A DNA stretch of 60,244 bases from Deltaproteobacteria bacterium (GTDB lineage: Bacteria > JAGRBM01 > JAHCIT01): assembly GCA_026129095.1 (NCBI GenBank), contig JAHCIT010000001.1, forward strand, positions 62,001 through 122,244. Direction: 5' to 3'. The translations under genes were made by a program, and so were the position numbers. The notes under the pieces are model-generated. The model saw only the letters and a list, made by a program, of their open reading frames with translations. It made no database searches and was not told where the DNA came from. This document shows, one piece after another, positions 1 through 12,697 of the stretch; position 1 is the stretch's first letter, and every line of letters starts with the position of its first letter.

Positions 1-1267
1 AACCCGGTGAAGCGGGTGGTTCAGCCGGCGCAGGCGGCTCGACAGCCGCCGGTTCACTCGCCTCATCATCCGGTCCGGCTGGCTCCAGGCCGGCCGTCAC
101 CTTGAACCGGCGCAGCGACTTCATCACGCCGAAGCTCACGACCCCGCTCGCCGCGCCAAATCCCAGATGCACCAGCGCCAGGGGTGCAGCAATCGCATAG
201 AAGGCATCCGGCGCACCAATCGCCACGGCGATGACCACGATGGTGGTAAAACGTCCGAACGCTGCGAGAAATCCCAGCACGCCGTAGGCCAGCGCACCGT
301 TCACCTTGCGCGCCATGACCCGCGTCAGCGGAAGTAGCAGGTCAATGATGATGCCGGGGACAATATGCTTGAACACCTCGAAAATGCCGTACCGGCCGTC
401 TCCCATGAGAAAGCTGATGATGCCCATGCTGGCACCGACGAGCGTCGCGCCCCAGCGTGTATGGGTCAGTTCGGCTGCCAGCAGGTACATCGGGAGCAGG
501 AGCACCGTCTTGTGACCCGGAGCAAAGGGCAGGCCCGGCAGCACCTTCAGCCACTTGAGCGTGAGCATGGCCAGCGTCATGCCGGCGATGACACCGAGAT
601 CGGCCGAACGCTCCGCCGGGAGCCCCGGATGATGCGTACGCGTATAGTCGCGGGCCCGCTCCAGGTTCCGCAACATTCCGTCGGTCAGCACGCTGAGATC
701 GCCCTTCATGATCTCTTTCAGGATGACCGTCGCCTTCTTGTTGCGTCCCCGGCCTCCCCCGCCGCCCATGCCGCGGCCGCCGCCATCTTCGAGTTTCTTC
801 GCCTGTTCCGGCTCCAGCAGATGCAGGGTCGTGTCGAGCGCGAGCGCCAGCGAGTTCGGCAGGAAGATCCCCCTCAGGCCATCCACGAACTCGCCGGACC
901 TGAGTCCCCGGCGGACCAGCATGCTGGTAAAGATGGCAATGTATATCCGCAGGCACATGAGCAGGCCGTCATGCAGGCCCGCTTCGGACAGTTCCAGTGT
1001 CCATCTGGTGACAGGGACAGTGAGCGAATACCAGTCTCCGTCTCCCCCTTCTTCCGGGAAAAAGACGAACATCAGCACGATGACCGAGAAGAAGAAGAAC
1101 AGCCTCGAAAAGAGCCGGACGATCTCGCCAGGCGGGTTGCGCGTTGCGCCCCAGAGCACGAACTGGAAACCCAGAACGGCGATCACCCAGCGCAGGTCAT
1201 GGAGGAAGAAGACGCCGACGGCGACCCCGATCAGGTAGAGGACGCGTGCGGTTGGCGGAATTCGCAT
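1..1267 (-). CDS. Polytopic membrane protein, probable fusion of an ECF transporter T component (N-half) and S component (C-half); 3' end runs off the window
   Basis: Missing from the ORF track because there is no stop in the window. Manual translation from ATG at 1267 gives MRIPPTARVLYLIGVAVGVFFL...GLHDGLLMCLRIYIAIFTSMLVRRGLRSGEFVDGLRGIFLPNSLALALDTTLHLLEP (EcfT/CbiQ-like), a Gly-rich linker, then ...LPFAPGHKTVLLLPMYLLAAELTHTRWGATLVGASMGIISFLMGDG...IVPGIIIDLL (S-component-like helices). Open frame >420 aa with host-like codon bias. Confidence 0.6.
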   Translation of the reverse strand, partial: MRIPPTARVLYLIGVAVGVFFLHDLRWVIAVLGFQFVLWGATRNPPGEIVRLFSRLFFFFSVIVLMFVFFPEEGGDGDWYSLTVPVTRWTLELSEAGLHDGLLMCLRIYIAIFTSMLVRRGLRSGEFVDGLRGIFLPNSLALALDTTLHLLEPEQAKKLEDGGGRGMGGGGGRGRNKKATVILKEIMKGDLSVLTDGMLRNLERARDYTRTHHPGLPAERSADLGVIAGMTLAMLTLKWLKVLPGLPFAPGHKTVLLLPMYLLAAELTHTRWGATLVGASMGIISFLMGDGRYGIFEVFKHIVPGIIIDLLLPLTRVMARKVNGALAYGVLGFLAAFGRFTTIVVIAVAIGAPDAFYAIAAPLALVHLGFGAASGVVSFGVMKSLRRFKVTAGLEPAGPDDEASEPAAVEPPAPAEPPASPG

Positions 1268-1368
1268 AAATGGGGCTCCGGGCCGATGCCTGCCGGATTT
1301 CATGAACCCGGCAGCAGGGCCCGGAGCACCCTAGCCGGTCACATGACCGGCGGCGAGGAAATGCCTTT

Positions 1369-1905
1369 TTATGCCCGGACCAGCTTCCAGCTCCGGAGGA
1401 ACGGAACGATGGTCTTCAGGTCGAAGTAGAGGATCCCGCTGCCCACGGTCTTGCCCGAACCCTTTTCGGTGATGTCCGTATACAGCGTCGTCATCCCCTT
1501 CTGGAAGTTGAGCCAGTTGCGGTGTTTCTCGCCGTGCAGGTGGTACGCCTTGCCGTCCGGGCCCGTGAAGTCGAGGTCATAGATCATCATGCCGCGGCTC
1601 CGGACGAGATTCATCTCGATCGCGCCGCTGGCGGGCAGGTCGCCCGGGATCCCCTCGATCCGGAGAGATCCTTCGAGTTGCGCGGTCCGGAACACGCCCT
1701 TGCCAGACGACTTCCGCAGGAAAGCGGCCAGATCCGGGGCGTGGGCACGCAGGTCGAACTCCACACGGGCGCTCCGTCCAGCGATGGGACCATCCGTGAA
1801 GGTGCAGTCGCCCGCCATGATCTCGTGAAACTCGAACCCACGGCCGGCCAGCAGGCCGCCCGGGGCTGAAACGGGGGAGTGGTGGGCTGTCGTTGCGGTT
1901 GCCAT
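1369..1905 (-). CDS. Hypothetical protein resembling the accessory domain found fused to or beside cholesterol-oxidase-like GMC enzymes
   Basis: 178 aa, AAGGAG RBS upstream, pattern FHEIMAG...MIYDLDF...YHLHGEK...TTLYTDI...GSGILYF; 48 bp downstream of the GMC gene. Confidence 0.6.
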   Translation of the reverse strand: MATATTAHHSPVSAPGGLLAGRGFEFHEIMAGDCTFTDGPIAGRSARVEFDLRAHAPDLAAFLRKSSGKGVFRTAQLEGSLRIEGIPGDLPASGAIEMNLVRSRGMMIYDLDFTGPDGKAYHLHGEKHRNWLNFQKGMTTLYTDITEKGSGKTVGSGILYFDLKTIVPFLRSWKLVRA

Positions 1906-1953
1906 ATGGTTTCTCCTTGCAGCTGAACCGGGGTTCGCTGTGCGTGTTATGTG

Positions 1954-3945
1954 TCAGGCAGCCTCGCGGCCGCTCAGGGTTTCCATGCTCCGGATGCGCT
2001 CGTCGATGAACTCGCTGGCCCGTTCGGACATGGCCATGATGGTGAGCTGCGGATTCACGCCGAGTGAACTGGGAACGCTCGATCCGTCACAGACAAAGAG
2101 GTTCCGGACATCGTGCGTCTCGTGGGTCGGCCTTACCACGGACGTGCGCGGGTCGTTGCCCATCAGGCAGGTGCCGAGCGGATGATAGGCGGAAATGTCA
2201 AAGTGGTGGGGAGCCAACCGCGACGGGCCTTCCTCCTCCAGCCGCCGGATCCGGTCCTCGGTGGAAAGGTCATCATAGATCTGGAGGCCGGGATATACGC
2301 CCTTCGCCCCGGCCGCGAGATAAACGCGGGCGAGAATAGCCTGCGCACGGATCATCTTCCGCTTGTCTTCCTCGTTCAGCCAGTAGGTAATGAGCGGCAT
2401 GCCGCCAGGCCCCAAACGCACCTGCCCGCGGGACTCGTCCTCGACCATGAAGCCGAAGCAGGCAAGCCTGTCGTAGTTGTCGATGAGATTCGTCCACTTG
2501 CGGCCCACGAAACTGACCGCCGCGCCGCCCAGATCGAGCGGCGTGAACGCCCCCTCGAACCGGATGCCCTCGTCCTCGAACTCCTCGATGGCGTAGCCCT
2601 GCGGGATGCCATTCCAGCCCTGGATGGGCTCATCGAACAGTGCCCAGCTCTGGCTGGCCGGGTGTATCGAGAGGTTCTTGCCGACCATGCCGGAACTGTT
2701 GGCGAGCTTGTTCCTGAGCAGCAGGGCTGGCGTATACAGGGTTCCGCAGGAGAGCACGACCGTCCGGGCGCGCACGGTCAGCTTCAGCTTGCGGCCGTCG
2801 GGCGAGGTTCCACGAGCCACTACACCCACGGCCCGGCCGTTCCTGACCAGAATCTCCGTCACCTTCGCGCCGGTGTAGACTACTGCCCCCGCCTTCAGTG
2901 CCTCGGGCACGTAGGAAACATTCGTCGAACGCTTGGCGTCGGTGGGGCAGCCGAAACAGCACAGCCCCTGTCCGTCGCATTCGGGTGCGTTGCGCCGGAG
3001 CGGCTGGTGCCGGTACCCGAGGGCATCGCATCCGCGGGCGATCACCCGTGCGCAGCCGCCCAGGTATTTCCAGTCGGCCGGGGCGACGCCGATCATCTTT
3101 TCAACCCGGTCGTAGTAAGGCGACATCGTGTTGGGCGTGAACTCGGTGAGACCGAACTGGCCGCGCCACTTGGCAAGGATGCGCTCTGGAACCCGGTAAC
3201 ATGTGCCAGAGTTGATGGTGGTGCTGCCCCCGACGGTCATGCCGACCGGTATGGGAATCACCATGTTGCCCACCGATACCGTCGCTCCCTGGAGGCGGTA
3301 CATCTTGCGCTGCATGTCGACGGCGTGGCCGTTGAAATCCATGCGCGTGTAGTGCTGGCCCTCCTCAAGCATCAGGACGGCGTGGCCCTTCGCCGCCAGT
3401 GCGCTCGCCACGGGAGCGCCGCCCGCCCCCGTACCGACGACGACGCAGTCAACCTCGATCTCCTCGTGTTCCTTTTCCTGCGAACCCAGCGGCACGATCT
3501 GGCTGTCCCACCGGTTTTTCTCCGCATGGGTGGGGAGTTCGACCCCGAACTTGCAGCCGACCGATTCGTGAATCTTCCGGTCATTGAGATAGGCCAGCTT
3601 CATCGGAGCCATCAGGCCGCGAAGCGCCCAGAAGGTCGTGCCGTTGGAGTAGAGTTTTTCCAGAATCTCCCCGCGCTCCTCGCGGGAGGGAATACGGGAG
3701 AAGGTAATGCCCTTTTCGGCGACCGGGGCCATCTCGATCATCCAGAGCAGGCTCCGGTAGAATCCCTTGCCGACCGTGCCCAGACGGCTGATGAAGTTCT
3801 CGATCTTGTCGGCGACGATCTCGTCCGGGGGCGGGAGCACCCGGCCCGGCGGAAAGGCGGCATCAGCCACCTGCATGAGAACCCGGCGCTCGGTCGCCGA
3901 AAGGAACCGGCTACGCCTTTTGCTGCCTGTCTGGGTTTCCGCCAT
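1954..3945 (-). CDS. GMC-family FAD oxidoreductase (long-chain alcohol oxidase-like) with N-terminal helical extension
   Basis: FAD motif VVVGTGAGG, VGGSTTINSG, CDGQGLCCFGCPTDAK, C-terminal YHPLGTCLMG and DGSSVPSSLGVNPQLTIMA. Start chosen at ATG 3945 with GAGGTG RBS; alternative GTG at 4002. Confidence 0.9.
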   Translation of the reverse strand: MAETQTGSKRRSRFLSATERRVLMQVADAAFPPGRVLPPPDEIVADKIENFISRLGTVGKGFYRSLLWMIEMAPVAEKGITFSRIPSREERGEILEKLYSNGTTFWALRGLMAPMKLAYLNDRKIHESVGCKFGVELPTHAEKNRWDSQIVPLGSQEKEHEEIEVDCVVVGTGAGGAPVASALAAKGHAVLMLEEGQHYTRMDFNGHAVDMQRKMYRLQGATVSVGNMVIPIPVGMTVGGSTTINSGTCYRVPERILAKWRGQFGLTEFTPNTMSPYYDRVEKMIGVAPADWKYLGGCARVIARGCDALGYRHQPLRRNAPECDGQGLCCFGCPTDAKRSTNVSYVPEALKAGAVVYTGAKVTEILVRNGRAVGVVARGTSPDGRKLKLTVRARTVVLSCGTLYTPALLLRNKLANSSGMVGKNLSIHPASQSWALFDEPIQGWNGIPQGYAIEEFEDEGIRFEGAFTPLDLGGAAVSFVGRKWTNLIDNYDRLACFGFMVEDESRGQVRLGPGGMPLITYWLNEEDKRKMIRAQAILARVYLAAGAKGVYPGLQIYDDLSTEDRIRRLEEEGPSRLAPHHFDISAYHPLGTCLMGNDPRTSVVRPTHETHDVRNLFVCDGSSVPSSLGVNPQLTIMAMSERASEFIDERIRSMETLSGREAA

Positions 3946-4037
3946 GCCCGTCACCTCACCTGAGCCCACCCGTGTCGAGGCGTGGTGAGCCGTGGCCGCC
4001 ACGGAATGCGCCGCGTCATGGCGCCCGCCCGGCCCTT

Positions 4038-4061
4038 AAATTAGACACCATCGTCTAGTTT
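4038..4061. promoter_or_regulatory. Inverted repeat, candidate TetR-family operator in the GMC/MBL divergent intergenic region
   Basis: AAATTAGAC-ACCATC-GTCTAGTTT, 8 of 9 positions symmetric, in an AT-rich patch. Confidence 0.5.
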
Positions 4062-4160
4062 GAAGCAAGTGAAAAATAGCCCTTGAAGACACCATTTTAT
4101 GAACCCCATTCAAGGGCTTCCCCGCTACCGGCCCGCCAGATACCGGTCATACTGCCCGCC

Positions 4161-5219
4161 GTGAGCCACTACCTGCGTCCGGCCATCCCGGCACTCCTGG
4201 CATCCTTCATCATTGCTTCGGCCGCCTGCGCGGCCCCGCCCTACCCCCTATCCGACCACTACGACGGCAAGCGGTTCTTCAACCCCGAAACGGTACAGAA
4301 GCATACGTTCTGGACGTTTCTCAGGTGGCAGTTCACCCGGGAGCGCGCCCCCTGGCCCGCGTCCCTGCCGCCCGCGCCAAAGCCAGACCTTCGGCCCGTC
4401 GCCCCCGGCGAGGTGCAGATCACCTGGATCGGCCACTCGACCTGTCTCATCCGTTTCCACGGCTGGACCGTGATCGCCGATCCCGTTTTTTCGGAGCGGG
4501 CGAGCCCCGTCTCGTGGGCAGGCCCCAGGCGCGTGTGGCCGCCGGCCCTGGCCGCAGACGAACTACCGCCTGTCGATACAGTCATCGTCAGCCACAACCA
4601 CTACGAGCATCTGGATCTTCCCTCGCTCCGCGAGCTTCACGCGCTCTATGGGCCGGAGTTCATCGTTCCGCTGGCCAACAAGACTCTCCTTGCAGGCGAG
4701 GGGATCACCCGCGTCACCGAACTGGACTGGTGGCAGCAGATGGAAAATCCAGGTGGATCATCCGGGGCCACGAAACGGGTCACGCTCACCCCGGCGCGCC
4801 ACTGGTCGGCGCGGGGACTGTTCGACCGCTACGAGATGCTCTGGGGGAGTTTCATGCTCGAACACGACGGTATCCGCGTCTACTTCGCGGGCGACACGGG
4901 CTATGGCCGCCACTTCAGCGAGATCCGCGACAGGCTCGGCGCGCCGGACGTGAGCCTCATCCCGATCGGAACCTACGAGCCCCGGTGGTTCATGCGGGAT
5001 CACCACACCAATCCGGACGACGCCGTGCGCGCCCATCTCGATCTCGGATCCCGCCTCAGCATGGGGATCCATTTCGGGACGTTCCAGCTTTCCGACGAGG
5101 CCATTGACGAGCCGCCCCGTGCGCTGGCCGCCGCCCTCGCCGAACGGTCCTTAAGCCCCGCCGAGTTCATCGCCCCGGAGCCCGGCCAGACGATCGTGTG
5201 GAAGCGGTACGGGGAGTAG
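4161..5219 (+). CDS. MBL-fold metallo-hydrolase, NAPE-PLD/RomA-like, probably exported
   Basis: SDHYDGKRFFNP, TWIGHST, DPVFSERASP, SHNHYEHLD, PARHWSAR, YFAGDTGY, IHFGTFQL; hydrophobic N-terminal signal-like segment. Start uncertain (GTG 4161 vs TTG 4083). Confidence 0.85.
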   Translation: MSHYLRPAIPALLASFIIASAACAAPPYPLSDHYDGKRFFNPETVQKHTFWTFLRWQFTRERAPWPASLPPAPKPDLRPVAPGEVQITWIGHSTCLIRFHGWTVIADPVFSERASPVSWAGPRRVWPPALAADELPPVDTVIVSHNHYEHLDLPSLRELHALYGPEFIVPLANKTLLAGEGITRVTELDWWQQMENPGGSSGATKRVTLTPARHWSARGLFDRYEMLWGSFMLEHDGIRVYFAGDTGYGRHFSEIRDRLGAPDVSLIPIGTYEPRWFMRDHHTNPDDAVRAHLDLGSRLSMGIHFGTFQLSDEAIDEPPRALAAALAERSLSPAEFIAPEPGQTIVWKRYGE

Positions 5220-5222
5220 GGG

Positions 5223-5840
5223 TTACCTCACCAGCAGTCCTTCGAGGCTGAAGCGGAGCAGTTCGCTGACGAGGGCGGGGACGGGCGGCCGCCTTTCGGG
5301 CGGCTGGATGCCCACCTGGAAGACCACCTGCCGGACGCCGCCCATGATGAACTGGGCGGTGATCTCCGGGTCGTGCCTGCGTAGGACGCCCAGCGACATC
5401 CCGCTGCCGAGGGCGCGGACGATCAGCCCGCTCACCGCGCCGTAGAACTCCATGAGCTTGCGGTCGAAGTCGGCGTCTATTCCCATGCCGGTGCGGGTCA
5501 GGATCTGGCTCGTGTGCGGGTCGCCGAGAAGCACCGAGAAAACATTTTGCAGGTTTTCGTTCAGCTGCTCCATGAAGGGCGGCGCGCCGGGGCCGGTCTC
5601 GATCCGCCTCATGCAGCCCTTGAGGTCAACGAACAGGGCGTCGAGGATCTCGTCGAAGATCGCCCGCTTGCTTTCGAAATACAGATAAAAGGTGCCGCGG
5701 GCGATACCGGCCGCCTCGATCACATCGCTCACGCTCGCGGCATGGTAGCCCTTCTCGCCAAAGAGCCGCCGGGCGGCGGCCAGCACCTGCTGGCGGCGCC
5801 CCTCGCGGAGCTGGCGCCCGCGCTCAATCCGGCCGTCCAC
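5223..5840 (-). CDS. TetR/AcrR-family transcriptional regulator
   Basis: HTH AARRLFGEKGYHAASVSDVIEAAGIARGTFYLYFESK; GTG start at 5840 preceded by GGAGG. Confidence 0.9.
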   Translation of the reverse strand: MDGRIERGRQLREGRRQQVLAAARRLFGEKGYHAASVSDVIEAAGIARGTFYLYFESKRAIFDEILDALFVDLKGCMRRIETGPGAPPFMEQLNENLQNVFSVLLGDPHTSQILTRTGMGIDADFDRKLMEFYGAVSGLIVRALGSGMSLGVLRRHDPEITAQFIMGGVRQVVFQVGIQPPERRPPVPALVSELLRFSLEGLLVR

Positions 5841-5981
5841 TGCTTTGCCTCCGTTTCCCCCGGTGTTTTTCGGCCCGGTAAGGGCAGCAAAAACCATGAC
5901 CCGAGCCCGGCCCTATCCATCTGTTATTGCTTGCAATTCCGCTCAAACGCCGTCTCTTTCCAAACATTAGCGATTTTTTCG

Positions 5982-6012
5982 TTGACACCCCCGGAGGATA
6001 TTCCCTAAAACT
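5982..6012 (+). promoter_or_regulatory. Candidate sigma70 promoter for the plsA-plsR-like operon
   Basis: TTGACA at 5982-5987 and TAAAAC(T) 18 bp downstream, in the AT-rich divergent region. Confidence 0.4.
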
Positions 6013-6108
6013 GTTCCCCTGTAACCTTAACGCGAGGGAAACCGACCACAGCCTGTTGACCCTGTTGCGAGGTGGAAAGTCCACCGAGGCGTTTCTTGGG
6101 CCCAAAAC

Positions 6109-6128
6109 TAGACTGACGTGTCAGTCTA
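6109..6128. promoter_or_regulatory. Perfect inverted repeat, probable operator of the adjacent TetR
   Basis: TAGACTGAC-GT-GTCAGTCTA, ~30 bp upstream of the ATG at 6158, between divergent tetR and the operon. Confidence 0.7.
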
Positions 6129-6157
6129 TCTTAGGTCCACCGGGAAGGGAAGCTCAA

Positions 6158-9775
<3,618 letters not shown>

Positions 9776-9839
9776 GCAAAGCCGGGTATTACATAGAAGA
9801 CACCAGACAGAAACAGGAATACACCAAGGGGATCACGAC

Positions 9840-11501
9840 ATGCAGACCACCAGCCACACCGGAGAGAAGCTCAACACGGCCACGGGACTCGATATCGACT
9901 CCGAACTGGCCCGTTTCGAGGCGGAAGAGCGCAAGCGCCTCGGCATCGAGGACACGCGCCAGCAGTGGCACGATGCCAATCCCAACCAGTTCACCCGCGC
10001 CCAGCGCGACAACACGACGATCCTCGTCTCGGGCCTGACGCACGCCCATGACGTGTTCGTGCGGTCGGCGCTGGCCTCCTGCGGCTACAAGGTGAAGGTT
10101 CTGGACTGCCCGGACAACGACGCGCTCCGCTATGGCAAGGAGTTCGGAAACCGGGGCCAGTGCAACCCCACCTACTTCACCGTCGGTAACCTGGTGAAGC
10201 ACCTTGCGGAGCTGCGCGACGAGAAGGGCATGTCCAAGGAAGAGATCGTGGACAACTACCTGTTCCTGACAGCCGGGGCCTGCGGCCCCTGCCGGTTCGG
10301 CATGTATGTCACCGAATACCGGAAAGCCCTCCGCGACTCCGGCTTCGAGGGCTTCCGCGTGCTGCTCGTTTCGCAAGGCGGCGAGGTCCAGTCGGCCTCC
10401 GGCCGCGGGCTCGAGTTCACCAAGTTCGATGTCAGCTGGATGTTCCGCGCGATCATCCTGGGCGATGTCCTGAACGCCCTCATGTACCGCATCCGGCCCT
10501 ACGAAGTGGAAGCCGGGGCCACCGACCGGGCGCTGGAAGAATGCCGCCAGGCGATCTGCACGGCGCTCGAAAAGCGCACGTCGCTGCTCGTGGCCGTCTA
10601 CAAATGCCGCAAAATCCTCTCGAAGGTGAAGGTGGACCGCACCCTCGTCCGTCCCAAGGTCGCCATCATCGGCGAGTTCTGGGCGATGACGACCGAGGGT
10701 GACGGCAACTACAAGCTGCAGCGGTTCCTTGAATCCGAAGGCGCCGAGGTGGATATCCAGCTCGTCACGGCATGGCTCATGTACCTCCTCTGGGAGCGGC
10801 GCTGGGACATCGACCGCCGGACCGAGCAGCGCGGCGAGGACGCCGTCTACCGCGGGCTCCAGAACGTGAAGGTCCGCACCCGGCGCTACACCCTGCTGTT
10901 CGCCGAATACGCCGTGCGCGGCATCTTCTACCTCTATGCCTGGATCATGGGCCTCAAGGGCTACAAGCTGCCCGACATGCAGAAGGTCTATGAAGCTGCC
11001 GAGAAGCACTACAACTGCCATGTCCGGGGCGGCGAAGGCTTCATGGAGGTGGGCAAGCTCGTGCACAACGTCGTTCACAACAAGGTGAACATGACCCTGA
11101 GCGTGAAGCCGTTCGGTTGCATGCCCTCCAGCGGCGTTTCCGATGGCGTGCAGTCGATCGTGACGGAGCTGTACCCGCAGGCGATCTTCCTGCCGATCGA
11201 GACGAGCGGGGACGCCGCCGTGAACGTCTACAGCCGCGTCCAGATGCAACTGTTCAAGGCCCGGCAGGTGGCCCAGCGCGAGGTGTCGCAGGCGCTTGCC
11301 GAGTGCGGCCTCACCCGCGAGGAGCTCAACGCCTTCATTGCGAAAAATCCCGAATATGCCCACCCGCTGCACCGGAGCCCCCATGCAGCAGGCTGCACCA
11401 CGGCCGATCTCATCTACGAGATCGCTGCCAGGATGGGCAGGAAGCGCCGGGAGCTTCCTCCGGTCCAGTCGGCGGAAAACCAGGCGGCAGCGGCGGCCTG
11501 A
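9840..11501 (+). CDS. 2-hydroxyacyl-CoA dehydratase-like Fe-S protein; PlsR-like partner
   Basis: GQCNPTYFTVG, GACGPCRFGMY, YRIRPYE, IIGEFW, GGEG, KPFGCMPS motifs; 64 bp after the activase gene. Confidence 0.85.
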   Translation: MQTTSHTGEKLNTATGLDIDSELARFEAEERKRLGIEDTRQQWHDANPNQFTRAQRDNTTILVSGLTHAHDVFVRSALASCGYKVKVLDCPDNDALRYGKEFGNRGQCNPTYFTVGNLVKHLAELRDEKGMSKEEIVDNYLFLTAGACGPCRFGMYVTEYRKALRDSGFEGFRVLLVSQGGEVQSASGRGLEFTKFDVSWMFRAIILGDVLNALMYRIRPYEVEAGATDRALEECRQAICTALEKRTSLLVAVYKCRKILSKVKVDRTLVRPKVAIIGEFWAMTTEGDGNYKLQRFLESEGAEVDIQLVTAWLMYLLWERRWDIDRRTEQRGEDAVYRGLQNVKVRTRRYTLLFAEYAVRGIFYLYAWIMGLKGYKLPDMQKVYEAAEKHYNCHVRGGEGFMEVGKLVHNVVHNKVNMTLSVKPFGCMPSSGVSDGVQSIVTELYPQAIFLPIETSGDAAVNVYSRVQMQLFKARQVAQREVSQALAECGLTREELNAFIAKNPEYAHPLHRSPHAAGCTTADLIYEIAARMGRKRRELPPVQSAENQAAAAA

Positions 11502-11516
11502 CGGCTCCGGTCACGG

Positions 11517-11560
11517 AAAAGCCCCTCTCCACGGTCCGTGGAGCGGGGCTTTCCCTTTTC
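11517..11560. terminator. Intrinsic terminator, probably bidirectional, between convergent genes
   Basis: AAAAGCCCCTCTCCACGG-T-CCGTGGAGCGGGGCTTT hairpin flanked by A and T tracts. Confidence 0.7.
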
Positions 11561-11562
11561 AG

Positions 11563-12501
11563 CTAGAGGAACTGGACGATCAGCCTGCCAAACAGGGGGC
11601 CGACCAGCTTCTGCATGAGAAACCGCTGCCAGGCGGGTATCAGCGCGGCCATGTCCCGGGCAAAATCGTCGATTGTGTGGTTCTGGAACTCCAGCGCCGC
11701 CTGCGAATCGCCGGTGTCGTACCAGTCGAGATAGCTGGGCGTGCGGCTGAACTTCCGGGCGGGCGGGCAGGGAAGCCCCGTCACACCCATGAGCCGCGCA
11801 ATGAAGTCGTGATAGAGAAACTGCTGGGATCTGCCGCCGCCCAGGATATAGACCCGGTTCTTCACCTGCCCGAACCTCTCGGCAGCGTGAACCAGCGCCA
11901 TGGCGACGTCCTCCAGGTGGACGAACTCGATCCGCGAATCGTGGGGAAACATGAACATCTCCCTCATCCGGGCAGGGCTCAGATCCAGATGCGGAGCGGC
12001 GGCGATACGGCAGATCACGTAGTCGATCCCCGCCCCGGCTACGATGCGTTCCCCCTCCACCTTGGACCGGGTGTAGTGATCCACCCCGTTCATGGGATTG
12101 CGGTCGGGGTGGAGCGGCGCCTTCGCCTCCGGCGTGGGGCCGAATACCGATACGGATGAGGTGAAAACCAGCGGTTTCCGGGCAGAGACGGCGGCCTGCA
12201 CCACGTTCCGGGTACCCTCGACATTCACCCGCTGCGTCAGGTCCGGTTTCTGCTCGCTGAGGGGCGGTATGATGGCCGCCAGATGAAGGATGAGGTCCGT
12301 CCTCACCGCCTCCCGCCGGAGGGCTTCCGCGTCGCCTATATCGCCCCAGACGACGTCCACACCGGGCGGAAGTTCCGTCCGGCGGGCACGGTTTACGGGG
12401 TTATCCAGATCGAAAACGAGGATCTCGTGCCCGTTGTCCAGAAACGCCCGGCTGATGTTTAGCCCGAGCCCGCCCAGTCCACCCGTAATCATCACCTTCA
12501 T
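11563..12501 (-). CDS. NAD(P)-dependent epimerase/dehydratase (extended SDR)
   Basis: TGGLGGLG Rossmann motif, HLAAIIPP, VNVEGT, TSSVSVFG, catalytic YTRSK. Confidence 0.88.
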   Translation of the reverse strand: MKVMITGGLGGLGLNISRAFLDNGHEILVFDLDNPVNRARRTELPPGVDVVWGDIGDAEALRREAVRTDLILHLAAIIPPLSEQKPDLTQRVNVEGTRNVVQAAVSARKPLVFTSSVSVFGPTPEAKAPLHPDRNPMNGVDHYTRSKVEGERIVAGAGIDYVICRIAAAPHLDLSPARMREMFMFPHDSRIEFVHLEDVAMALVHAAERFGQVKNRVYILGGGRSQQFLYHDFIARLMGVTGLPCPPARKFSRTPSYLDWYDTGDSQAALEFQNHTIDDFARDMAALIPAWQRFLMQKLVGPLFGRLIVQFL

Positions 12502-12697
12502 GCTGCCGGAAACACTCCCCGAAAGGTTTGGAGCCGGTCATTCTTAACGAAAGCGCCCGCCGGGGGCAAAAGCCCCCTTCGCCCGGAGCCGCCGGTTGCG
12601 ATATAGTGACAGTCTCAAGAGATACCTGACGGGAAGGGATCCTGTGACCGCATCCGGACGGCACAAAGCCGAGTTTCCGCTGGAACCAAGGGAGCGT

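Noticed and set aside
5927-6157. 77-aa N-terminal extension of the activase in the ORF track; similar over-extensions in tetR, rpoA, rpsE, rplX, rpsC, rplV, tuf, rpoB and rplA
   Set aside because: The extensions overlap promoter/operator DNA or neighbouring genes; downstream starts have better RBSs or match family N-termini.
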